From positions 1 through 37,988 of the forward strand of contig JBGSMV010000075.1 in NCBI GenBank assembly GCA_041739995.1: a stretch of 37,988 bases of DNA. The letters are read 5' to 3'. This stretch comes from Bdellovibrionota bacterium (GTDB lineage: Bacteria > Bdellovibrionota_C > UBA2361 > JBGSMV01). Positions 10,082 through 18,052 of the stretch are shown here, in pieces. The notes below the pieces were generated by a model that searched no databases, was not told the DNA's origin, and saw only the letters and a program-made list of their open reading frames with translations. The translations under genes and the position numbers were made by a program. Positions within the stretch are counted from its first letter, which is position 1; every line of letters starts with the position of its first letter.

Positions 10082-11158
10082 GCGCGACATTGAGGAGGGA
10101 TTGTCCAAACGAGTGGCCCCATTGTGGGACCTCTCTAAGGACGACTCAATGAAGCAAAGGAAAACTTGCCTGTAAGGGCAGGGATGGTGTGGGAGGAGCT
10201 AGTCGATGAGGCGTCCTTCCAGATTGTGGGACTCTGTCACCTACAGGTGGCCGGGTATCAGGCGCTAGGTTGGCCGATTGATCCGGGTTAGGAATATTGC
10301 GACGAACGCCTTCGGGCGTAGCTGAGCCGTATTTCGAGCCCCGGCGTGGAAAGAAGTCGTGAACCTTCAATCCATGAGTACGCCGGATCGGACCAACCTT
10401 GCCGCGCGCCTGACTCTACCGACCCGCGGCGATCCGACAGAGATAATCGACAAATTCTCTGGCGGCCACCAGGCCCAACTCGACCCCCTGGGCAACCCAA
10501 TCCTCGGCCTACGCGATAAACCCATCGCAAAGGTTCGAACGGACGGTTGATCTCCCAGCAACTCGAAAGGGCGTAATGGAAAAGTTCCATCGCTACACGG
10601 TTTGTGGATCAAAACGGAACGGGGCATGGGTACGGCAACCCGCTGTGTGCCCTCCGTTAATGCCTATGGTGTGTCACGACACCTGAAGCGACATCGTGCC
10701 GTTCGCACGGAATCGCCTGGCGGCCCTCCCGGCCGCCAGGCGACTTTGCACTTTTCTAGAGGACCCCCCCGGGGTCCTCTAGTGAGTGAGTTGGTGAGTG
10801 GAGCTCTCGGGTTAGCGAGAACGCGGCGTGTCACGGTGCGGTGCAAGGCACCTGACTGTTTTTCATGTCACGTTTCGTAACACCCTTGAGGAGGTAGCCG
10901 CCCAGGCTCCCCCCACTCCCACCACCTGGGTGAGGCGTCGGTCCCCTGCAAGGGATGACGTCGCACTCCTGATCGCTGACTACTGCGTTTGATCGGCGAG
11001 GTCTCGCAGTACCCGTCCTCGAAGCCTGCTTCGTGCGCTGCAGGTTCGATGCCGGAGTTCACCTCGCGAAGTAAACCCCCTCGGGTTGATGCTCTTCGCG
11101 TTGATGACACGATCAGTAGGGGAATGGAGGCCAAGTGGCGATTTGCACTTGGCCTCCA
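10082..11158 (+). ncRNA. candidate large structured non-coding RNA (~1.1 kb), family unassigned
   Basis: No protein-like ORF; many nested and local helices (see findings); C(UUCG)G and GNRA loops read on the + strand. Confidence 0.6.
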
Positions 11159-11159
11159 C

Positions 11160-11194
11160 CCCTCCCAGGCTTTGGCCCTCCCAGGCTTTGGCCC
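11160..11194. repeat. 16-bp tandem repeat, 2 copies
   Basis: CCCTCCCAGGCTTTGG at 11160-11175 and 11176-11191, then CCC. Confidence 0.88.
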
Positions 11195-11321
11195 ACGGTA
11201 TTAATTATTTGAGTATTTAGTGGTTATTTTTCAGAGGATTTTCCCAAGGTCTACTTCCAAGAGCTGCAGCAACGTGTCCACATATTCGCAAAACCCAGGC
11301 GGCATCCGTCCCAACCCGCGT

Positions 11322-13652
11322 CTACACCTTAACTGACTGAGCTTTGCCCTTAGACAATACCAGTGGCTTGCTCACAAATCCGAGTGCCTCCTGCTCACGG
11401 GTCACACGCACAGTACCGCCACGCTTAAGCTTTCCAAAGAGAATTTCATCAGCGAGAGGATCCTTTATCTCCCTCTGTATCAAGCGCGCCATCGGTCTTG
11501 CGCCAAGCACAGGATCAAATCCCTTCTGCGCGAGGTACTCCCGTACTTCTGTATCCACTATTAATTCAATCGATCGCTCTTTAAGTTGTCCAGAGAGCTC
11601 GGCCAACAACTTCTCAACGATCTTCTGAATGACCGAAGGTGCCAGTGAACTGAAATGTATAATCTCATCGAGACGATTTCTAAACTCAGGCTTGAATAAG
11701 CGCTTAATCGCCTCTTCACGGTGTCCGCTTACTGCCTTATCGCCGAATCCAAGTGCTGCCGCCTTCTCCGAACCGGCATTAGTAGTCAGAATGAGGACGA
11801 CATTCCTAAAGTCTGCCTTCTTTCCATGCGAGTCTGTTAGACGCGCATCGTCCATCACCTGCAATAGAATATGAAACAGATCCTCGTGAGCCTTTTCAAT
11901 TTCATCAAACAGCAACACCGCATGCGGCTGCCTTCTTACCAAGTCAGTTAACTGCCCACCTTCCTCGTAACCCACATATCCCGGCGGTGCGCCAATCAAC
12001 CGAGCGACGGCGTGCTTTTCCATGTATTCCGACATATCAAAGCGATGGAAATGTACTCCGAGCTCTCTGGCGAGCGCTCTTGAAAGCTCTGTTTTGCCCA
12101 CTCCAGTTGGCCCGGCGAAGAGAAAACAACCAACGGGCTTATCATCGACTTTGAGACTCGCGCGACTACGCTTAATCGATCGCACCAGAGACCGAACCGC
12201 AGGTTCTTGCCCAAATACTTGTGAACTAAGCCGCTGTTCAAGAGTTTTAAGTAGCTCTTCATCCGAAGAACTGACACTCTTAACAGGAACTTTGGCGATA
12301 CTCGAAACCACACGTTCGATTTCACGCTCTCCGATAACCTTCCTACGCTTGGCCGAATCTAGAAGCGCGTTCGCTGCTCCGGCTTCATCTAATACGTCGA
12401 TGGCTTTATCAGGTAAAAAGCGATCTGAAATGTGCTTGGCCGACAATTCTGCTGCCGCCTTCAAAGCACTGGGCAAATATCGAACAGCATGATGACTTTC
12501 AAAGCGTGCCTTTAATCCCTTAAGAATTTGTATGGTCTCCGCAATACTCGGCTCGCTTAAATCAATCGGTGAAAAACGCCTGCTGAGTGCTCGGTCTTTC
12601 TCGAAACTCTTTTTGTAGTCTTCGTGGGTAGTGCTGCCGATGCAACGCAGCTTTCCTGATGCCAGTGCGGGTTTAAGAAGATTTGCCGCATCCATGGATC
12701 CACTGCCGGTGGCGCCCGCGCCTACGATGGTGTGAATTTCATCTATGAACAAGATTGCATTGTCGAGTCGCATAAGCTCGTCAACGATCCTTCGCAATCG
12801 TTCCTCAAACTCTCCTCTAAATTTCGTTCCCGCGATGAGAGACCCCATCTGCAGAGAGAACACCCGAGCCCCTTGCAACTTTGACGGAACTTTTCCATCA
12901 ACGATTCGCTGCGCAATCGCGGCCGCCATAGCGGTCTTTCCCACTCCTGGATCGCCTAAAAATAGAGGATTATTCTTCTGACGACGGCAAAGGATTTTCA
13001 ATGCACGCTCTACTTCTTCCTCCCGTCCGATCACGGGGTCAAGCTCGCCAGAGGTTGCCTGTTTACATAAATCTTCAGTGAACTGCTCAAGCCCCTTGCG
13101 ACGTTTGCGTACGGGACCTTCCTCCTCATCCTCGTCACCGTCGAAAGCATCAGCATCTTCCGACTGGCTTGCGCTCATCGCTGAACTTTTGAGCGGGTTT
13201 ATTTTAGAGACTCCATGCGCTACGAAATTCAAAACATCGAGCCGCGTCACTCCCTGCCTTTCTAAGGCATGAACCGCATGCGATTCATCCTCGCTAAAAA
13301 TAGCGATAAGCACATCAATATGCGTGATAAGATCTTTGCCGGCAGCCTGCATGTGAATGATAGCTCTTTGAAGCACACGTCTTAACGCAGGAGTTTGCTG
13401 AGGCTCCATGTCTCGCGCCGCTGCGGGCACATCAGAATCGTCTGATTCAAGCGTCTCAATCGTGTCAAAAAATCTTTCGATGTCTCGGCGTGTTTCTCCT
13501 TCGTCGCCGCCACAGTTGCGAATGACACCAGTGATATCTTCGTCAAAAAGCAGCGCAAACAGCACGTGCTCGACACAAAAGAAAGCGTGATGCCGAGTGA
13601 CCGCTTCACGAAATGCTGCCTCTAGGGTGAAACTGAGTTCTGTACTAAACAT
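11322..13652 (-). CDS. clpA: ATP-dependent Clp protease ATP-binding subunit ClpA
   Basis: Two AAA+ modules (GDPGVGKT; GPTGVGKTE, RFDMSEYMEKH, LIGAPPGYVG), no ClpB middle domain, downstream of clpS. Confidence 0.95.
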   Translation of the reverse strand: MFSTELSFTLEAAFREAVTRHHAFFCVEHVLFALLFDEDITGVIRNCGGDEGETRRDIERFFDTIETLESDDSDVPAAARDMEPQQTPALRRVLQRAIIHMQAAGKDLITHIDVLIAIFSEDESHAVHALERQGVTRLDVLNFVAHGVSKINPLKSSAMSASQSEDADAFDGDEDEEEGPVRKRRKGLEQFTEDLCKQATSGELDPVIGREEEVERALKILCRRQKNNPLFLGDPGVGKTAMAAAIAQRIVDGKVPSKLQGARVFSLQMGSLIAGTKFRGEFEERLRRIVDELMRLDNAILFIDEIHTIVGAGATGSGSMDAANLLKPALASGKLRCIGSTTHEDYKKSFEKDRALSRRFSPIDLSEPSIAETIQILKGLKARFESHHAVRYLPSALKAAAELSAKHISDRFLPDKAIDVLDEAGAANALLDSAKRRKVIGEREIERVVSSIAKVPVKSVSSSDEELLKTLEQRLSSQVFGQEPAVRSLVRSIKRSRASLKVDDKPVGCFLFAGPTGVGKTELSRALARELGVHFHRFDMSEYMEKHAVARLIGAPPGYVGYEEGGQLTDLVRRQPHAVLLFDEIEKAHEDLFHILLQVMDDARLTDSHGKKADFRNVVLILTTNAGSEKAAALGFGDKAVSGHREEAIKRLFKPEFRNRLDEIIHFSSLAPSVIQKIVEKLLAELSGQLKERSIELIVDTEVREYLAQKGFDPVLGARPMARLIQREIKDPLADEILFGKLKRGGTVRVTREQEALGFVSKPLVLSKGKAQSVKV

Positions 13653-13655
13653 TTC

Positions 13656-13970
13656 TCAGTCCTCCTCCATTCGACACCGTAGCGGATAGTCGGCACTACG
13701 TGCTCGTTCATGTACCGTGTGAACCTTCGCCTCTGCGATTTGCTTGGCGAATATCCCGCACAAGCCTTGGCCTGATTTGTGGACCGTCAACATGACCTGC
13801 ACTGCCTCAGCCGGAGATTTTTTGAATACCCCTTCAAGGATAGACACGACAAAGTCCATAGTGGTGTAGTCGTCATTCAGGAGATACACCTTGAATTGCT
13901 TAGGCAGTTCCACCTTCGTTCGACTACGCTCAGCCGTAGCAATTCCGCTTGAACTCTCGCTATCTGCCAT
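13656..13970 (-). CDS. clpS: Clp protease adaptor ClpS
   Basis: KVYLLNDDYTTMDFVV, MLTVHKSG.G.CG, AEAKV, YPLRC. Confidence 0.96.
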   Translation of the reverse strand: MADSESSSGIATAERSRTKVELPKQFKVYLLNDDYTTMDFVVSILEGVFKKSPAEAVQVMLTVHKSGQGLCGIFAKQIAEAKVHTVHERARSADYPLRCRMEED

Positions 13971-14038
13971 ACATCTCTATAATCAAGTATACTTAGGTCC
14001 GTAGCAGGGCGAAACCAGAACGCCACCCATGACGTAAG

Positions 14039-14707
14039 ATGCCAATAAAGTCCTTTCCGCCACACGAGTTAGCTGATGAAGACGGGTTATTGGCCGTCGG
14101 AGGCGACCTCTCGGTCGACAGTCTATTGCTGGCCTACAGAAATGGTATTTTCCCCTGGCCCCTGGATGAGGAAGTACTGACCTGGTTCTCCCCAGAGCCA
14201 CGCGCCCTGCTGTTTTTAAGCGAGTTTCACGTTTCAAAGAGCCTCTCAAAGGAGCTAAAGCGTGCGCCCTTTAGATTTAGCACTAATCAGGCGTTTGATC
14301 GGGTCATCGAGCAATGCGCTGCGGTGAAGAATCGCTTCGACTCACGCGGCAGGCCTCAGCCAGGAACCTGGATTACCACTGACATGGTTCATGCCTATCA
14401 GCAACTTTATCGGGCAGGATTCGCCCATAGCATCGAATGTTGGGAAGAATCTGAGCTAGTCGGCGGGCTCTATGGCGTCGGTATCGGCTCTTACTTCGCG
14501 GGGGAATCAATGTTCTATCTGCGGCCGAATGCTTCGAAGTTAGCCATGTGCCATCTAGTAGAGCATCTCTCTAGTAGAGGTGTGGAGTGGATTGACTGTC
14601 AGGTGATGACTCCTTTGTTTCAGTCCTTTGGTGCCCGAGAAGTTTCCAGATCGAAGTTTCTTGCATTACTCTCAACAGCAATCTCGCGCGACGCCATTCT
14701 TTTTTAG
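14039..14707 (+). CDS. aat: leucyl/phenylalanyl-tRNA--protein transferase
   Basis: GLLAVGGDLS, AYRNGIFPW, W.SPEPR, TWIT, AHSIECW, LVGGLYGV, FAGESMF, NASK, IDCQ. Confidence 0.95.
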   Translation: MPIKSFPPHELADEDGLLAVGGDLSVDSLLLAYRNGIFPWPLDEEVLTWFSPEPRALLFLSEFHVSKSLSKELKRAPFRFSTNQAFDRVIEQCAAVKNRFDSRGRPQPGTWITTDMVHAYQQLYRAGFAHSIECWEESELVGGLYGVGIGSYFAGESMFYLRPNASKLAMCHLVEHLSSRGVEWIDCQVMTPLFQSFGAREVSRSKFLALLSTAISRDAILF

Positions 14708-14723
14708 CCTCTTGGATAAATGC

Positions 14724-15431
14724 ATGCCCTCTCGAAAAAAGTCTCAGCGTGTTACCTCGTGGCAAACCGTTCTGGTAGTCATTTTTTGCCTGGGAGTTTT
14801 CGGGGCGATTCTGGATCTCGGCACCCTTCCAGACGGTAGCGAATTTGTAGGGAAGAATCCGTCTTCAACTGCTCTGATTAACTCTCGTGCATTGGAAAGA
14901 ACGCCCCCTCTAAAAACAGAACTGCGCTGGCGAGCACTCAGTCAGATATCACCGTCCTTACAAAAGGCAGTCATTATCTCCGAGGATATGAATTTCTACT
15001 CGCATGCGGGCTTTGATTGGGCTGAGGTTCAAAGCGCTCTCAGTCAGGCGCTTCGACACTTAAGTTTCCCACGCGGCGCGTCTACCATTACTCAACAACT
15101 AGTAAAAAACCTCTATCTATCAGAATCGAAGAACCCGTGGCGTAAAGTGCGTGAGGCGGTCATTACCAGCCAGATGGAGAGTCATTTGTCCAAGAGTCGA
15201 ATTCTGGAACTCTACCTAAACGTGATTGAGTGGGGAGACGGAATCTATGGTGCCGAGGCTGCCGCCCAGCACTACTTCTCTTCGTCCGCTAGATCTCTAT
15301 CAAACGAACAAGCTGCATTTCTGGCTGCAATAATACCGAATCCACGGTCCACCTTTAATCCCAAACTTCACCCCACACGAGTGGAAAAGCGCACTCAGTT
15401 CATTCTCAAACGCATGCAGCGCAGAAAATAA
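14724..15431 (+). CDS. mtgA: monofunctional peptidoglycan glycosyltransferase (GT51)
   Basis: SEDMNFYSHAGFD, RGASTITQQLVKNLYL, RKVRE, SKSRILELYLNVIEWG; N-terminal TM; start placed at ATG 14724. Confidence 0.9.
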   Translation: MPSRKKSQRVTSWQTVLVVIFCLGVFGAILDLGTLPDGSEFVGKNPSSTALINSRALERTPPLKTELRWRALSQISPSLQKAVIISEDMNFYSHAGFDWAEVQSALSQALRHLSFPRGASTITQQLVKNLYLSESKNPWRKVREAVITSQMESHLSKSRILELYLNVIEWGDGIYGAEAAAQHYFSSSARSLSNEQAAFLAAIIPNPRSTFNPKLHPTRVEKRTQFILKRMQRRK

Positions 15432-15442
15432 CTGGCGGGCTT

Positions 15443-15611
15443 GTGAGAAAGTGCCCTCCTTTGCACCTTCTCACTCGCTCCAAGTTTCTTTCGCGCGACG
15501 AGCGGCGCCAAATCCGCGTCGCTTCGCGTACTTGCGCTTCACTCCAGTCCGCGGTCGGACATCGTGTCCTCCCTATCAGCGTTATGAAAAGAGTTTTTCA
15601 CAACGCTGATA
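15443..15611 (-). other. structured intergenic element / possible terminator between convergent genes
   Basis: Hairpins 15443-15454 with 15463-15474 and 15574-15590 with 15595-15611; each single mismatch becomes a G-U pair on the - strand. Confidence 0.5.
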
Positions 15612-15621
15612 AACGTTTACC

Positions 15622-16545
15622 TTAGGAATCGCCAGCATTCTTTGGGTTGGCAAGATCAAACGCGCGCTGCATGGACATCCACTCTCGCGCTGTTTTTCCC
15701 AGAACGCGCGCGAACTCACGAGCAACAGCGTCATTTAGGCCCATCTGACATGAAAGCACCGCATCGAATTCTTCGGGGGAAATACGCACTGAAGCCAGAA
15801 GACGCTCGCGTGTAAGGCCACGCTGCTCCATGAGGGTTTGAACAAATTTTCCGGGGTGCTCGGCCTTTTTAGTTCGCACCTTACTCTTGGTCGACAAAGA
15901 TTCAGTCGAGGGCGGCTCCACTGCTTCGAACACATCACTGAGTCCTGTCAAAAATTCGACAGGATGCTTACTCTGCAGTTCCTGCAAAGACGGCGAAATG
16001 CGCTTCATTTCTCCAAGCGCCGATCCGCTTCCCTTTCCTCCATCCATGCGAAATCGCCACATCTCATCCACAAGCGTTACTGCTTGCGTCGCAAGCAGGT
16101 TCACTGACTTGATGACCCGGGTCGCAGTCTGAATCGCTCTCTCTCTCGCAGGGTCAAGGATCTTCATCAATAAATCTTGGAGCTGCTCGCTGGTGTACGG
16201 CTCACTAATAAAGCCATCCACGCCATCTAGATACGAACTGACCACACTCTCGAGTTTATTGCTGGTATGTCTGTCAACGGTAAGCACCATCGCCGTGTCA
16301 GGAGCTTTTGGCAGACTCGCAACCTCACGGATAAAGAGCTTTACTTCGTCTATGCCGAATGATGAGGCAAAGAAAATTACGTCGAAGGCCTCTTCACCAT
16401 TGAGCAAAGCGCGCGCGTCTTCAAAGCGCCGCAGCGTATGCACATCACCCTTAAAGACTACTGCCGCAAGGGCGTCTCGAAGAGTCGATCTCGAATCAGC
16501 ATCTGGCACCAGTACCATTATGCGAAGTCTATCGAGTCTCAGCAT
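15622..16545 (-). CDS. receiver-like domain fused to a C-terminal HigA-type HTH
   Basis: N-terminal CheY-like pattern (IMVLVPD...FDVIFF...GVDGFISEPYT); C-terminal HPGKF...RGLT...AREFARVLGKTAREWMSMQRAFDL. Confidence 0.7.
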   Translation of the reverse strand: MLRLDRLRIMVLVPDADSRSTLRDALAAVVFKGDVHTLRRFEDARALLNGEEAFDVIFFASSFGIDEVKLFIREVASLPKAPDTAMVLTVDRHTSNKLESVVSSYLDGVDGFISEPYTSEQLQDLLMKILDPARERAIQTATRVIKSVNLLATQAVTLVDEMWRFRMDGGKGSGSALGEMKRISPSLQELQSKHPVEFLTGLSDVFEAVEPPSTESLSTKSKVRTKKAEHPGKFVQTLMEQRGLTRERLLASVRISPEEFDAVLSCQMGLNDAVAREFARVLGKTAREWMSMQRAFDLANPKNAGDS

Positions 16546-16622
16546 GTGTTAATCCCTGCGCACTAATACTTGCGCAATAACCCGGCTTCTCCACTGAGAA
16601 AGCCTCATCTGGCTATCCACGC

Positions 16623-17339
16623 TCACGCCCTGCCCGCTCTGGTCGGACACGAAAGAAGAGTTTGTAGATGCTCCCACACAAGTTGAGCAATAATACGCTG
16701 CCCCTTCTCATTCGGATGAATCCCGTCTGAAATGTTTAAATCGGCACGCGCAGCAACATCCTGAAGCAGGAAGGGAATTAAGTCGAGTCCCTTCTCTTTA
16801 GAGAGCTGAAAAAACTGGCTTCTATACAAGGCCTGGAACTCCTGGCCAAAATTTGGCGGGGCTTCCATGCCGGCTAATAGAATCTTTATCGTGGGCGTTC
16901 TTTGCCTCACCTTCTCTACTATTCCCGCAAGATTCTGCCGCATTAAGACTGGATCCAGCCCCCTCAAAGCGTCATTCGCACCCAATGCAAGCACAAGTAC
17001 CGCATACGGCGTATCCAAGTAGCGCTCGATTCGACGCAGTCCTCCTGCGCTGGTGTCACCACTGACTCCTGCATTGATAACTTCGAGCTCTATTCCTTGC
17101 GCCAACGCGAGCACACGCACCTGCTCGGGAAAAGCAAGCGATACCCCCACTCCGTAGCCAGCGGTCAGGCTGTCACCAAGAAACAGCACTCTACATTGCG
17201 GGAATTGCTTCTTCTCCTCTACAGGTAGCTCTGCATAGCTGACCGAGCACAAACCAAGCAGCCCAAATATAATTAAGTGTCGAAAACCTCTGCTCACGAC
17301 CCCGAGTGCGTTGCTGACATGCATAATCCACCGTACCAT
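16623..17339 (-). CDS. tesA: SGNH arylesterase / acyl-CoA thioesterase I
   Basis: LFLGDSLTAGYG, NAGVSGDTSAGG, LGANDALRG, DGIHPN; divergent from ybbA; true start may be downstream. Confidence 0.88.
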   Translation of the reverse strand: MVRWIMHVSNALGVVSRGFRHLIIFGLLGLCSVSYAELPVEEKKQFPQCRVLFLGDSLTAGYGVGVSLAFPEQVRVLALAQGIELEVINAGVSGDTSAGGLRRIERYLDTPYAVLVLALGANDALRGLDPVLMRQNLAGIVEKVRQRTPTIKILLAGMEAPPNFGQEFQALYRSQFFQLSKEKGLDLIPFLLQDVAARADLNISDGIHPNEKGQRIIAQLVWEHLQTLLSCPTRAGRA

Positions 17340-17368
17340 CTACCTACGATAATCTTGAAATAGAAAAG

Positions 17369-18052
17369 GTGCACGTGTCTCTGCTACAGCTTAAAGAACT
17401 TTCAAAGACCTACCACAGTGCTAATCATATCATCACTGTGCTCAAGCGAGTCTCTCTACAGATCCAAAATGGAGAGCGCTGCGCCCTAATCGGCCCATCG
17501 GGAAGCGGAAAAACCACGCTGCTCGCACTCGCAGCAGGTCTGGACACTCCAAGCGAAGGATCCGTCATTCTGGACGGGCAACACATTAATCAGCTTTCTG
17601 AGGACCAACGAGCTGCACTGCGAAATCGCTCGGTAGGTTTTATCTTTCAAAATTTTCAACTTATCCCGTCCCTCACCGCCTTAGAGAATGTAATGCTGCC
17701 CGCTGAACTTCTTGCCGCTCAGTCCCTGGTCCATATTGAGCAGCACGCCACGCAGCTTCTGATTGATGTTGGTCTTCGTGAGCGCGTCAGCCACTACCCC
17801 GTACAACTCTCCGGAGGAGAGCAGCAGCGCGTCGGCATTGCGCGTGCCCTCATAAACGAGCCTAAGATAATTTTTGCGGATGAGCCCACCGGAAATCTTG
17901 ACGGGGAAAGCGCCAGTCACGTTTTAGACCTGCTGATACGCATTAACGACGAACGTGCTACCAGCATTCTATGCGTTACCCACGATCAACGAGTAGCTGA
18001 CCGCATGCACCGCTCAATGGAAGTCAGAAACGGCGAATTGGTAGACCCATGA
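17369..18052 (+). CDS. ybbA: ABC transporter ATP-binding protein (YbbA/LolD-like)
   Basis: [28 protein letters not shown]; tesA-ybbA-ybbP arrangement. Confidence 0.85.
   Translation: MHVSLLQLKELSKTYHSANHIITVLKRVSLQIQNGERCALIGPSGSGKTTLLALAAGLDTPSEGSVILDGQHINQLSEDQRAALRNRSVGFIFQNFQLIPSLTALENVMLPAELLAAQSLVHIEQHATQLLIDVGLRERVSHYPVQLSGGEQQRVGIARALINEPKIIFADEPTGNLDGESASHVLDLLIRINDERATSILCVTHDQRVADRMHRSMEVRNGELVDP

Noticed and set aside
10082..11158. tmRNA, RNase P RNA or hammerhead/HDV ribozyme identity
   Set aside because: No tRNA-like ends, no GAGGAAAGUCC, no CUGANGA...GAAA core found; CTGGGCAAC near 10488 recalls HDV but I could not build the pseudoknot
10146..11204. Eight short overlapping ORFs in the structured region
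   Set aside because: Pro/Arg/Gly-rich, on both strands, no motifs; expected by chance in GC-rich palindromic DNA
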